From a virus (Duplodnaviria; Heunggongvirae; Uroviricota; Caudoviricetes), in IMG/VR virus record IMGVR_UViG_3300022719_000284, positions 90,827 through 154,826 of that record: a stretch of 64,000 bases of DNA. One strand, given 5' to 3'. The position numbers and the translations under genes are program-made. Below are positions 28,642 through 37,660 of the stretch, in pieces. Under the pieces are notes generated by a model, which saw only the letters and a list, made by a program, of their open reading frames with translations, had not been told where the DNA came from and did not search any database. Positions within the stretch are counted from its first letter, which is position 1; every line of letters begins with the position of its first letter.

Positions 28642-31185
28642 TTGAGCCTGCACTGGGAGAGTTTTGTGTCGGATACCCAGAAGTGCCCCCACTGTGGAAG
28701 TGATTCACTTCAAAAACGTGGACTTACCAGATCAGAAGAACCAAAGCAGCAATATGCTTGCAATGAATGTGGACGCTGGTCTTTAATATCTATAGTTGAA
28801 TTAAAAAGTGGTCCTGAATTCTTTCTTGATAAAAAGAAAGTAGCTGAGTTAGAACGTAAAGAAAGATATTTCATAACTAGCTCACAAAATAACACTCATA
28901 TAGACAGAAATTTCTGGAAAGCCATCAAACACTATACTAAGGAAAATGGCTCAGAACTTCTAATCCTCCCTATTCGTTACAAGAATCCTACATCTTACCT
29001 TCAGCCGCAAGATGATGACGATGCTGTATGGTGGCCTGAAGAAGTTCTAGATTATCTTGTTGAAAATAAGTTAAAAATACACCCAGAACTGTGGATTATG
29101 GGGAACATGAGAATCCAAGCCACAATGGTAAACCCCCTATCTGGTTTGGAGGGCATGAGCCAGTATGCTTCTGCTATCTACGGTCACGGGCAGCTTCAGA
29201 TGAAGACAGTCCCTACTCCGCAGAATGCTCTTCCTAAGATACTTCACACTACTGGATCGTGTAGTGTTAAAAATTATAGTAAAACCAAAGCAGGAGTTAA
29301 AGGTGAGTTTCACCACTCCAAAGCCGGACTAGTTGTGGAAAAGAAAGGAAAGAAATTCCACCTTAGACAAGTCATTTGGGATGGGGAATGCTTTTACGAT
29401 TTAGATAAAAAGTACACCGCCAATGGAGTTACAAGAAACCACAGAATAGATGCCTTAGTAACCGGTGACGAACACGTTCTATTTAACGATCCGGAAGTAA
29501 AAGCTGCTACATACACTGACAATGGTTCTATAGCTAACACATTAAAACCGAAAGTTATAGTCCGTCATGATGTTTTTGACGGATACAGTATATCTCACCA
29601 TCACAGAAACAATCCAGTTACTCAATACATAAAATGGAGAGAAAACATAAACAAAGTTGAAGATGAGTTGCAAGCCACTATAAACTTCATAGAAGAAACC
29701 ACCCCCCAAAATGCAACAAACATAATAGTTTCTTCAAACCATAATGAGCATCTGTATAGATGGTTAAGAGAAGTAGATTGGAAAGCAGAGCCATGGAATG
29801 CCAAAATATATCACTGGTTTTGGTATAATATGCTAAATGAAGCTGAATTTGGGGAGTCTGGAGCTTTTACTTTCGACCCATTCGCGTATTGGGCAGAACA
29901 GAACATGGACTCTAATTGCCCCATCAAATTCCTGGGGCGCGATGAGTCTTTCGTGGTAAACAAAATTGAGTTGTCTTTGCACGGAGACCTGGGTCCAAAT
30001 GGTAGCAGGGGTTCTGCGGTCAACCTGAACAAAATTGGTATTCGGTCTGTAATCGGGCATTGCCTTACAGGAGACCACGACGTACTAACGAGATCTGGAT
30101 GGAAAAGCATAGCCGATGTTCCTTCTGGAAGTGAAATTCTTACTACAAAAGATGGTCATAACATTTGGTCTAAAACAACAGAAAAACAAGAATATCTATA
30201 TAGCGGAAAATTAGTTAACTTAAACCATTTAGGGCAGACTGTTACGCCAAATCACAGGATGGCTATGTCGGACGGATCTTTAGTTCCTGTGTGTGAAGCT
30301 ATTATGACAAGGAAAGCTAACGAGGTACCTATTTCTGCCGCTCCTTGCTCTGAAGGTATAATCTCTATACCAGAAATGCCTTTGCGAAGACTTGTAGCTG
30401 CGTGTGCTGATGGCAGCTTTTACAAAAATAGTCTGTCTTTCAACCTAAAAAAGAATCGTAAGCACGAAAGGCTGAAGTTCTTGTTCGGTGATTCCCTTCG
30501 TGACAAAGGATCTGTCAAAGGCAACGGAGCAATTCGAAGAACAGTATCTATGGGTTCTGAACCCTACAAAGAAATCATCAAGTATATAAATCCAACCACA
30601 GAATGTAAAAGACTACCTCATTGGTTTATAGACTTATCGGAAGAATGCCGATCAATAGTCATTGACGAACTAGTATACTGGGATGGCACAGGAAGAGATT
30701 GCGAAGCAGGAAAACAGTTCTCGACTTCAAAAGAGGACGAAGCTAATATAGTTGCAGCTTTGTGTACTTTACAAGGATACCGTACAATCTTCTTAGAAAG
30801 GGTAGACCACGGACGCACAGAGTATTTGGTTACTTGGACACAAGGCGAGCCAGCACACAGCACTGATCAAGAGCATGACGAAGCGCGTATAGGAGCTTGG
30901 CAGGCAAATACTATAAATGTCGAGAATGAGGCCGTATATTGTTTCACAGTTCCCGAAACCCATTGTTTTTGGGTAAGGGACAAGAAAAAGGGAAAGGTCT
31001 CGTTAACTGGAAATTCCCACAGCCCTTGTATAGAAAAGGGCGTCGTGCAAGTAGGAACCAGCTCCTACCTGAAGCTGGAGTACAACCCAGGTCCCAGCTC
31101 GTGGATGAATTCTCATTGTGTTGTATATAAGAATGGAAAACGAGCCCTACTCAACGTACTCGACGGCGGAGAATGGCGCGGGTAG
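28642..31185 (+). CDS. N-terminal Zn-ribbon plus calcineurin-like metallophosphoesterase (Mre11/SbcD-like motifs), interrupted by an intein (847 aa precursor)
   Basis: 'CPHCGS...CNECG' Zn-ribbon. Phosphoesterase motifs 'VTGDEHV', 'SSNHNEH', 'LHGDLG', and 'IGH|...|SHS' (GHxH split by the intein). Confidence 0.65.
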   Translation: MSLHWESFVSDTQKCPHCGSDSLQKRGLTRSEEPKQQYACNECGRWSLISIVELKSGPEFFLDKKKVAELERKERYFITSSQNNTHIDRNFWKAIKHYTKENGSELLILPIRYKNPTSYLQPQDDDDAVWWPEEVLDYLVENKLKIHPELWIMGNMRIQATMVNPLSGLEGMSQYASAIYGHGQLQMKTVPTPQNALPKILHTTGSCSVKNYSKTKAGVKGEFHHSKAGLVVEKKGKKFHLRQVIWDGECFYDLDKKYTANGVTRNHRIDALVTGDEHVLFNDPEVKAATYTDNGSIANTLKPKVIVRHDVFDGYSISHHHRNNPVTQYIKWRENINKVEDELQATINFIEETTPQNATNIIVSSNHNEHLYRWLREVDWKAEPWNAKIYHWFWYNMLNEAEFGESGAFTFDPFAYWAEQNMDSNCPIKFLGRDESFVVNKIELSLHGDLGPNGSRGSAVNLNKIGIRSVIGHCLTGDHDVLTRSGWKSIADVPSGSEILTTKDGHNIWSKTTEKQEYLYSGKLVNLNHLGQTVTPNHRMAMSDGSLVPVCEAIMTRKANEVPISAAPCSEGIISIPEMPLRRLVAACADGSFYKNSLSFNLKKNRKHERLKFLFGDSLRDKGSVKGNGAIRRTVSMGSEPYKEIIKYINPTTECKRLPHWFIDLSEECRSIVIDELVYWDGTGRDCEAGKQFSTSKEDEANIVAALCTLQGYRTIFLERVDHGRTEYLVTWTQGEPAHSTDQEHDEARIGAWQANTINVENEAVYCFTVPETHCFWVRDKKKGKVSLTGNSHSPCIEKGVVQVGTSSYLKLEYNPGPSSWMNSHCVVYKNGKRALLNVLDGGEWRG
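30061..31014 (+). mobile_element. intein (about 318 aa) inserted in the GHxH phosphoesterase motif; likely contains a homing-endonuclease domain
   Basis: Block A 'CLTGDHDVLT'. Block B 'GQTVTPNHRM'. Block F 'VYCFTVPETHCFWV'. Block G '...LTGN' followed by a +1 Ser. The flanks rejoin as 'SVIGH-SHSPC', i.e. GHSH. Confidence 0.65.
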
Positions 31186-31330
31186 CGGCACCGAGAAAAC
31201 CCTCCGACCCATGAATCGAAATATCCAACCCCAGTTGCTCTTTCGGTGGGTTAGACTAAAGGCTGTATAGAGCCGGGAACTCTCAGTAAACTCGCCCTGG
31301 TCGGGAACTCCTTTGTGAGTTGCACCCCGT

Positions 31331-31359
31331 GAGGCCCGGAAGTCTGTCTTCCGGGCCTC
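31331..31359 (+). terminator. perfect 12-bp GC-rich hairpin (gaggcccggaag / cttccgggcctc, 5-nt loop) followed by 'atttg'; terminator-like or regulatory
   Basis: Read from the sequence, 145 nt after the phosphoesterase stop and 22 nt before the lipoprotein start. The U-tract is weak. Confidence 0.4.
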
Positions 31360-31381
31360 ATTTGCAAGAGATGGAGAATGA

Positions 31382-31699
31382 ATGTTAGAAAGAGTTACTG
31401 TAGCTGGATTTGCTCTGATTCTTTTTCTTTCTGGATGTGCTTCCCCGTTGGAATGCTACAAAATTGAATCAGCAGATACATGGGTATCTGGTGGGCCCCA
31501 AAGTTGGGAATCTGATTCAGAGTCCAATAACCGACGAGGAAGAACAACAGATCAAACTAGGTCTAATGGGGATGGTTGGAGTGTTGACGTTGGCTTGAAC
31601 TTACATTGGGGTGCAAATTCCTGTGACTGGGTTTATGTAGATGAAGAAAAAAGCCCACCTCCGGGAAACCAGAAGCCTGGGAGATCTACTCCAGATTAG
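31382..31699 (+). CDS. small lipoprotein (105 aa)
   Basis: Signal plus lipobox 'LILFLSG-C' ('tggagaatgaATG' RBS). Converges on the SPFH gene with a 14-nt overlap. Confidence 0.5.
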   Translation: MLERVTVAGFALILFLSGCASPLECYKIESADTWVSGGPQSWESDSESNNRRGRTTDQTRSNGDGWSVDVGLNLHWGANSCDWVYVDEEKSPPPGNQKPGRSTPD

Positions 31700-32261
31700 G
31701 AATACCTTTGGATCCTATAGACCCATCTCCTACGATAGATATTACTTGAGTTGGGGCAAAAGTAGTTAATCTAGCAATTTCAACATTTACTCCAAAATTC
31801 TTTACAGCATTTTGAACTTCTCTCGTCAATCTGTTGTCTATTTTTGCCCTGCCTTCATTGATATCTTGAACTGTCTCTGCTAACACTGCTTTCCTGATTC
31901 CTGTTTGCGCGGCCTCAGACATAGAATCAGCAGCGTCATAGTTTTCAACCATAAACATATACAAATCAGTAATTGAATATATTACAACTCCGCCCACAAC
32001 AACGTTAGTGTTCCCATTAGGCGACGTATCATCTTTACAAACCACTGTTTGTCTGGGAAGCTCCATGACTTGTCTTACGACCGGGTATATCTCTAGCTGC
32101 GTTGTTATAGGCCAATAGACATGAATTCCCGGCTCAACTACCTTAGCTTTATCTCTTACGAATTTTATGGCCTTTTCTGTGGCTCTAACATGAAATATTT
32201 GCGGAATCCAATTAGCAAACCACGTTACTAGTTCTCCTATCCACCCAAGAGCTGCATCCAT
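31686..32261 (-). CDS. SPFH/band-7 (stomatin/prohibitin-like) domain protein (191 aa)
   Basis: 'FHVRATEKAIKF...VVEPGIHVYWPI...YPVVRQVMELPRQTV...DDTSPNGNTNVVVGGVVIY' is the typical SPFH core. Confidence 0.7.
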   Translation of the reverse strand: MDAALGWIGELVTWFANWIPQIFHVRATEKAIKFVRDKAKVVEPGIHVYWPITTQLEIYPVVRQVMELPRQTVVCKDDTSPNGNTNVVVGGVVIYSITDLYMFMVENYDAADSMSEAAQTGIRKAVLAETVQDINEGRAKIDNRLTREVQNAVKNFGVNVEIARLTTFAPTQVISIVGDGSIGSKGIPNLE

Positions 32262-32653
32262 GCGAAGTAACCTCCTGTATAAAGATAACTTGGGATACTT
32301 TAGGAGAGCAGCTTATGTTTTCCCGTAGGGAAATTCCCCCTTTAGGAATAAAGGATCCAAAATCGCTTCTATAGCAATATTATTATGTACTATAGTCAAT
32401 ATAAATTAGAGCCGTATTAGCGTATCTAGACCTACATTTTAGGGGACTATATCCATGCTATATAGGCACAGACCACGATAGAGCCAGTTTATAGGCAAAT
32501 AGGGTTATATTTGGGTTAGACTAAAGTCTTCACATCCTCAGGCAGTCTCACCTTACATCCTGCTGTCCGGCAGGGGTGGCCGCGCCGGACAGATCTCATC
32601 CCACAGAGCCGCACGGGCTCGCGCTGTCCGGCGCGGTTTTGGCCTGGGTTGTA

Positions 32654-33334
32654 CTATATTTTCTCTAGGATAACTGAAGTTGCATTTGCGTCGAAAGTTT
32701 GTCCATGAGTAAATTCTCTTCCTGAGATGGTCCCTATTCCAATCTCAAGCTCGTAGGCTATAAAACTACCGTTCGGATTTCCACCGTCTCCTTGGGCAGC
32801 TTCGTGTTGAACTGCCTCAATCAGTGGAGAAGTCGCCGTAAACGAGCTAGCAAAGCTAACAAGAGCCTTTCCAGACAAAACTACTAGAGCTGCCCCGCTC
32901 GAAGAAGAGTCCACTGAGGGGGCTGTCATTGGGTTTGAAGAGGGTAACGTAGTAGCTGCTACATCTCCAACGGAAGCATTTCTAAAAACTGCTATACAAG
33001 CGGACCTTCCTGTATCTGTAGCACCATTCCATGTATAAGAAGCTGGCTCCGATCCACCAGCGGTTCGACTATAGACAAATTTTCCTGTCCCTGGGTTAGC
33101 TATTTGAGTCCAACCCCCGGGGGGAGTCACAGGAGATGCACTTGCCCACCTAACCATGACCAACATTATGTCCCCCGCTTGGGTTGCAGGAGGTACAGGA
33201 ATAACTACAGTATCCCCATCTTCTGTAGCTTGGTCGGCAGGGAAAGAAGCTTGAGAAGCCCCAATAAACTCAACCTGGGTTGAGACAGCTTCCTCTCCGA
33301 ACAAAGTTCCTAACAATAATCCTCTGGTTGCCAT
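32654..33334 (-). CDS. hypothetical protein (226 aa), Ala/Gly/Ser/Thr-rich; possible structural protein
   Basis: Long ORF; no motif recognised. Confidence 0.4.
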   Translation of the reverse strand: MATRGLLLGTLFGEEAVSTQVEFIGASQASFPADQATEDGDTVVIPVPPATQAGDIMLVMVRWASASPVTPPGGWTQIANPGTGKFVYSRTAGGSEPASYTWNGATDTGRSACIAVFRNASVGDVAATTLPSSNPMTAPSVDSSSSGAALVVLSGKALVSFASSFTATSPLIEAVQHEAAQGDGGNPNGSFIAYELEIGIGTISGREFTHGQTFDANATSVILEKI

Positions 33335-33342
33335 AACAATAA

Positions 33343-33576
33343 CTATTCTTGATCATCTATGTTTCTGGCGTCTTCAGAAGGCGGGGCTGGGCGATCTGCG
33401 TCCCAGTGTAAGAGGGGGGCAAGAGACCACTTCTTTTGACCCTCTTCGCTCTTGTTTCTATCTTCCGGAAGGGTTCTAAATTGCTCTCTGTCCTTAGTTC
33501 CTGCCCCAGATTGGGGTAAAGGGTTACCTTCTTTTTCTTTAGCCATCATTGGACTCCTGTATGTTTTGTTTACCAT
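33343..33576 (-). CDS. small hypothetical protein (77 aa)
   Basis: ORF in a 400-nt gap; charged, low complexity. Confidence 0.25.
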   Translation of the reverse strand: MVNKTYRSPMMAKEKEGNPLPQSGAGTKDREQFRTLPEDRNKSEEGQKKWSLAPLLHWDADRPAPPSEDARNIDDQE

Positions 33577-33733
33577 AGAAGCTTCCCAAGACAGCCCATT
33601 TATCGTCTTGGATCTCCTCCAAAGTCATTCCTGAGGCATTTAGACTCTTTTGTACTTGAATAGGATCAAACCCCTCATAACCGACCCAAAGTAAAGTTTT
33701 ATCATTTTTAATTTTAGTTATCATCAATGCCAT
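33539..33733 (-). CDS. small hypothetical protein (64 aa)
   Basis: TGATG-coupled to the HNH gene (overlap at 33733). Confidence 0.3.
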   Translation of the reverse strand: MALMITKIKNDKTLLWVGYEGFDPIQVQKSLNASGMTLEEIQDDKWAVLGSFYGKQNIQESNDG

Positions 33734-34191
33734 TAAATTTTCTCCACATTAGGGTATTTGTTTCTTATATGATCTTCTATAATTTTTCTAGTGTAATGGG
33801 CCATAGACATACCTCTATCTCTGGCTATTAATTGAAGAGCATCTCTATAGGTTTTATTTAGTTTTAAACCTATTCCTATTTCCCTGTCGGGATTTGCTTG
33901 AGCCCTATCTCTTTCAAGGAGACCGCTTTTCACAACTAATTGGGCCAACTCCATGCATCTTTTTTGGGATGAACCATCAATAAACATTTGTTGAACTGAG
34001 CTTCTTACTTCCCCAACTCTTTTAGGGTTTCTCATCATTCTAGCGATAACGTGCATATCTTGGTGACACCCGGAGCAAAGACTAACTAAATTAGCAGGAT
34101 CATCCGATCCTCCAAGAGACTTTGGTATTTTATGGTGTTTATTCACAAAATCCAAAGGCTTCTCAGATTCACAAATGTAACATCTAAACAT
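33733..34191 (-). CDS. HNH endonuclease (152 aa)
   Basis: 'CYICESEKPLDFVNKHHKIPKSLGGSDDPANLVSLCSGCHQDMH' is an HNH/Zn-finger signature. Confidence 0.75.
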   Translation of the reverse strand: MFRCYICESEKPLDFVNKHHKIPKSLGGSDDPANLVSLCSGCHQDMHVIARMMRNPKRVGEVRSSVQQMFIDGSSQKRCMELAQLVVKSGLLERDRAQANPDREIGIGLKLNKTYRDALQLIARDRGMSMAHYTRKIIEDHIRNKYPNVEKI

Positions 34192-34405
34192 TATTCTTCT
34201 GGGCCTTCTTAAGTAAAATACCTGCCAACCCTAACCCACCTACAACAAATGCAGCAATGACTTCAGAAGAGAAAAACCCTTTGTCTTCTGGAATGTTAAC
34301 TACTACTCTAGGATCTATAATTTGCTGTTGTGGTGGCCCACCAGATAAAGCAACAACTGGTAACAGCAGAAGAAAAGTTGCTATCAATAATCTAATCTTC
34401 ATCAT
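34184..34405 (-). CDS. small membrane/secreted protein (73 aa)
   Basis: N-terminal hydrophobic signal 'IRLLIATFLLLLPVVALSG' and a C-terminal TM-like segment. Confidence 0.4.
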   Translation of the reverse strand: MMKIRLLIATFLLLLPVVALSGGPPQQQIIDPRVVVNIPEDKGFFSSEVIAAFVVGGLGLAGILLKKAQKNNV

Positions 34406-34413
34406 TAGATCCT

Positions 34414-34677
34414 CTATACCACTTCAAGGACGCCCTGCTGTATTAAGTTGGTTAGGTTTGATTGCTTAATGGCAGCAGCATCTACTTCCCTTCTTTGGAA
34501 TAGGTTAATAACCTTACCATGTGAAATTCTAACGGGGGAAATAGTTACTGAATATCTATTTCCATCGTCGTCAGTTTTTTGTACGGGATTGCGAAAAACA
34601 ATAATTGCCTCACCAGAAGCAACTTTTCTAATGCTCACATTTCCCGAAGCTAATGATCTACTAAGTGCTACAGACAT
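34414..34677 (-). CDS. hypothetical protein (87 aa)
   Basis: ORF immediately downstream of the tape measure gene. Confidence 0.35.
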   Translation of the reverse strand: MSVALSRSLASGNVSIRKVASGEAIIVFRNPVQKTDDDGNRYSVTISPVRISHGKVINLFQRREVDAAAIKQSNLTNLIQQGVLEVV

Positions 34678-34692
34678 TTTATCCTCCTATGA

Positions 34693-37179
34693 TTAGCTTT
34701 CTGATCCAATCAAGTTATGCTGAGTTTGGGCAAAAACATCCTCCCAGTTGTTTACTTCCAAAATAAGGCTGCCTCCGGACATAGAAGCCGCAGCGGTAGC
34801 TGGGCCTTTGGCTCCGGTGGTAATTCCTGCTTCCGTAGCTCCAACAGGAGCTTGGTCGGAAGGTCTAGTTTGGGGTCTGGATGCTGCTGCTTGAACTTTA
34901 GCTCTGCTAGCTGCTGCAACTGCTTCTGCTGGCTTAACAGTGCTTCGCATCCTTTTGTATTCTTCAAACGAGAGAGGCTCCTCTCCTTTTGCAGCTCTTC
35001 TTTTCTTATGAAACTCATATTGAGCTTTTATATCTTCTTCTTTGGATCTAGGTGCATTAACGTCTGTATCGTCTTCAAAAGGCTTCCAAGCAACATCATA
35101 AGCCCATTTTTGAAGAGCAGTTTCCCCTTTTGCCACAGCAGCAGCATCTACTATACCCATTGTAATAGTAGAAATAGCAGATCCTAGACCCGCAGCTACT
35201 CTTTCCCATTTACTGGGATCTTGTTTTCCTAATATATCAGAAGCGTTAACAATTCCGTAAGCAAATCCCCCTATTGCAGCGATTCCAGCTCCGATAAGGC
35301 CAGCTTTAGCTCCGGCTTTCGCTAGACCACCCATTCCCCTGGACGGGGAACCTATCATACCTGCTGCACCTGTTCCCCTAGTTGCAATGTTGCCTAGCAT
35401 CCTCCCCAGAGGGCCTCTAAGCATCAAACCTCCCATAACACCTGCTAGAGCTATAGGAACTTCCCCTAGAAGGCTCTTGATTGCACTCAGAGAATTAGTA
35501 ATACCTGCGAACCATGTCCCACCTTTACCTTCAACTGTATCTACGTACTCCTTCCACGCTTCTCCTGGGGGTTTTCCAACTTGGTCCTCAACAGCAGCCT
35601 CTGCCATTTTCTGACCAGCTCCTCCCATCTTGTAAAACATGGAAAGCATTTGAGTCTGGGAAAGAGGTTTATCTCTTTCTTTTCGCAATTCGCTAATAAG
35701 TTGCTTAGTTTCTTCTCCTCTTTCTGCTGTATCCCCGAATAGCGTTCTAGTAACACCCCTATCCCCCGCAGCTACCTTGGCCAAATTGTCAGCTATTGCT
35801 CTAGATTCCTCCACCAAGAGCATGGCTTCCCCAAACTTTATTCCCTTTGCCAACAGAGCATTTGGACCAGCAAGGGCTTGAACTCTGATATCTTCCATCA
35901 TAGCAGCCCGAAGCTCAGTAGATTGTTTAACAGCCTCTTGAAATGCGAACAAACCCCCACCGGTCATTAAGGACCCTCTTTCAAGCATGCTCGCTATAGT
36001 TCTCCCTTGATCACCGAATCTTTCCTGCAATCCAGCTAGGAATTGCTGTTGATCTTCCGCATTTTTATAGGCCCTCTGAATTTCAGACCTAAACTCTGTT
36101 ATACCAACAATATTTACCTTGCCTGCCATTTCGAGGTTTTTCTGAGCTTTTTGAACAGCAGCTTCTCGCGATCTCCCTAGGGCAAGCTGCATCTGGACCT
36201 CTCTAGACAATGCTTCAATAACCAATCTAGTGTTTTGGTTATAGAATCCCTTGCTATGCGCTAATGTATTTACAGATTTAGCAAATTCTCTGGTATTTAC
36301 GGAGCCCTCTCCAAATCTTTGATTTAGCTCTTGAGTAACTTTGGTCATAGCCACAACGTTATCCATAGTGGTATCAACAGACTCACCAAGCCTTCTAAAT
36401 CCTTGATCAGCGAGAGCTGCCACATCAGCCATACCTAGGCCGCTCATGCGGGCAAGGGTGGCCATTCCTCTCCATCTATCCCCTAAATTTGCTACAACTT
36501 CTTCAGATCCCCCAAACGTCTCGGTCAATCTCAAAAATGCTGCGTTGGATTCTTTAGCCTCTACTCCCAAGGTTGCAGCGTTAAGCATGGCAATACGCAT
36601 CTCACCAGAAAATTTTGCTGTAGCTCCGGCTAATTCTCCAAATGTCATCTCACCAGCCGCACCTTGGCGTGCTAACACATTGAATTGTTTATTCATGTCC
36701 CCAAGAACTATATTAGCATCGTGAAGAGCTGCTGTAAAAATGGACATGCCTTTGTGTTTAGCCACATCATCAAGAGTATTCTTGAAACGTCCAAGCATTC
36801 CTTTTTGTTCGTTTAATTCCCTATTGGCTGATTCTACCTCTTTTCTAGCCTTCTTTTGGGCTTCGGATACTCTGCGATAGGCTTTTGCCCTATCGGCTAT
36901 GGATGCATTAGCATCTTTTATAAGACGATTCAATTCCTTTTGGGCTTTTGCTAAATTTTGAGTTGCAGCAGTGGCCTTAATTATAGGTTCTCGTTTGGCA
37001 TAATCTTTCCACCCAGCTTTCCCTGTGCGAATTAAGTCATTAATTCCCTTTATCTGTTTTTTCATTTTCTCTAGCTCTTCAGCGGATCCAGCATCAAATG
37101 CAGGTAACCTAACAGGGGGTGCTTGCCTCTGTTGGTTGCTTCCCTGGAGAGTTCTAAGAATGTCTAATGGTCCTGGCAT
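34693..37179 (-). CDS. putative tail tape measure protein (828 aa)
   Basis: Long helical/coiled-coil protein with a Gly-rich hydrophobic stretch 'GLIGAGIAAIGGFAYGIV'. Its position after the sheath/tube/chaperone-like genes follows myovirus gene order. Confidence 0.5.
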   Translation of the reverse strand: MPGPLDILRTLQGSNQQRQAPPVRLPAFDAGSAEELEKMKKQIKGINDLIRTGKAGWKDYAKREPIIKATAATQNLAKAQKELNRLIKDANASIADRAKAYRRVSEAQKKARKEVESANRELNEQKGMLGRFKNTLDDVAKHKGMSIFTAALHDANIVLGDMNKQFNVLARQGAAGEMTFGELAGATAKFSGEMRIAMLNAATLGVEAKESNAAFLRLTETFGGSEEVVANLGDRWRGMATLARMSGLGMADVAALADQGFRRLGESVDTTMDNVVAMTKVTQELNQRFGEGSVNTREFAKSVNTLAHSKGFYNQNTRLVIEALSREVQMQLALGRSREAAVQKAQKNLEMAGKVNIVGITEFRSEIQRAYKNAEDQQQFLAGLQERFGDQGRTIASMLERGSLMTGGGLFAFQEAVKQSTELRAAMMEDIRVQALAGPNALLAKGIKFGEAMLLVEESRAIADNLAKVAAGDRGVTRTLFGDTAERGEETKQLISELRKERDKPLSQTQMLSMFYKMGGAGQKMAEAAVEDQVGKPPGEAWKEYVDTVEGKGGTWFAGITNSLSAIKSLLGEVPIALAGVMGGLMLRGPLGRMLGNIATRGTGAAGMIGSPSRGMGGLAKAGAKAGLIGAGIAAIGGFAYGIVNASDILGKQDPSKWERVAAGLGSAISTITMGIVDAAAVAKGETALQKWAYDVAWKPFEDDTDVNAPRSKEEDIKAQYEFHKKRRAAKGEEPLSFEEYKRMRSTVKPAEAVAAASRAKVQAAASRPQTRPSDQAPVGATEAGITTGAKGPATAAASMSGGSLILEVNNWEDVFAQTQHNLIGSES

Positions 37180-37460
37180 TTATTTTTCGTAGTAGCTAGA
37201 CCTGCATTAGCAATAAGTCCAAAAAATTCTTCCTTAGGAAGATTAGACATATTAATTACTTCTGCGTCAGAAGGTAGTGGCATGTCAGTATTTAGCCCGT
37301 CCCCAAGAGAAGAGCTAGGAGGATTTGTTATAGGTCTACCTGCCGGGGTTTCCGGTTTCTTACCTAACAACGCATTAGGAAGCTCAGGGTTCATTACTAG
37401 AGATAATGGTACGAATATACTGGGATTTTCCGTTGAAGATCCGCCCGGCTTACTTGCCAA
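37164..37460 (-). CDS. hypothetical protein (98 aa)
   Basis: ORF overlapping the tape measure start by 16 nt. Confidence 0.3.
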   Translation of the reverse strand: MASKPGGSSTENPSIFVPLSLVMNPELPNALLGKKPETPAGRPITNPPSSSLGDGLNTDMPLPSDAEVINMSNLPKEEFFGLIANAGLATTKNKCQDH

Positions 37461-37660
37461 AATCTCCAGAGATTCTCTATCCCAGACGGTACCTAGGTGG
37501 GAAGCAAATCTATCCCAATATTCTTCTTTTTCTTTGTGAATATAGTGATAGGCAAATAATAGATGTTCCTCTGGAAGTTCGTTAATGTAATCCAGAGTCC
37601 ATCCTGTGCGGGCTAGTACGAAGCCTCGGATCGCTAAGTCAGGATCCTCTTCCGAGGCTT

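Noticed and set aside
34717-35187. 156-aa plus-strand ORF antisense to the tape measure gene, and the 88-aa ORF 34752..35018
   Set aside because: Embedded in a long, well-supported minus-strand gene; Cys/Ser-rich nonsense composition.
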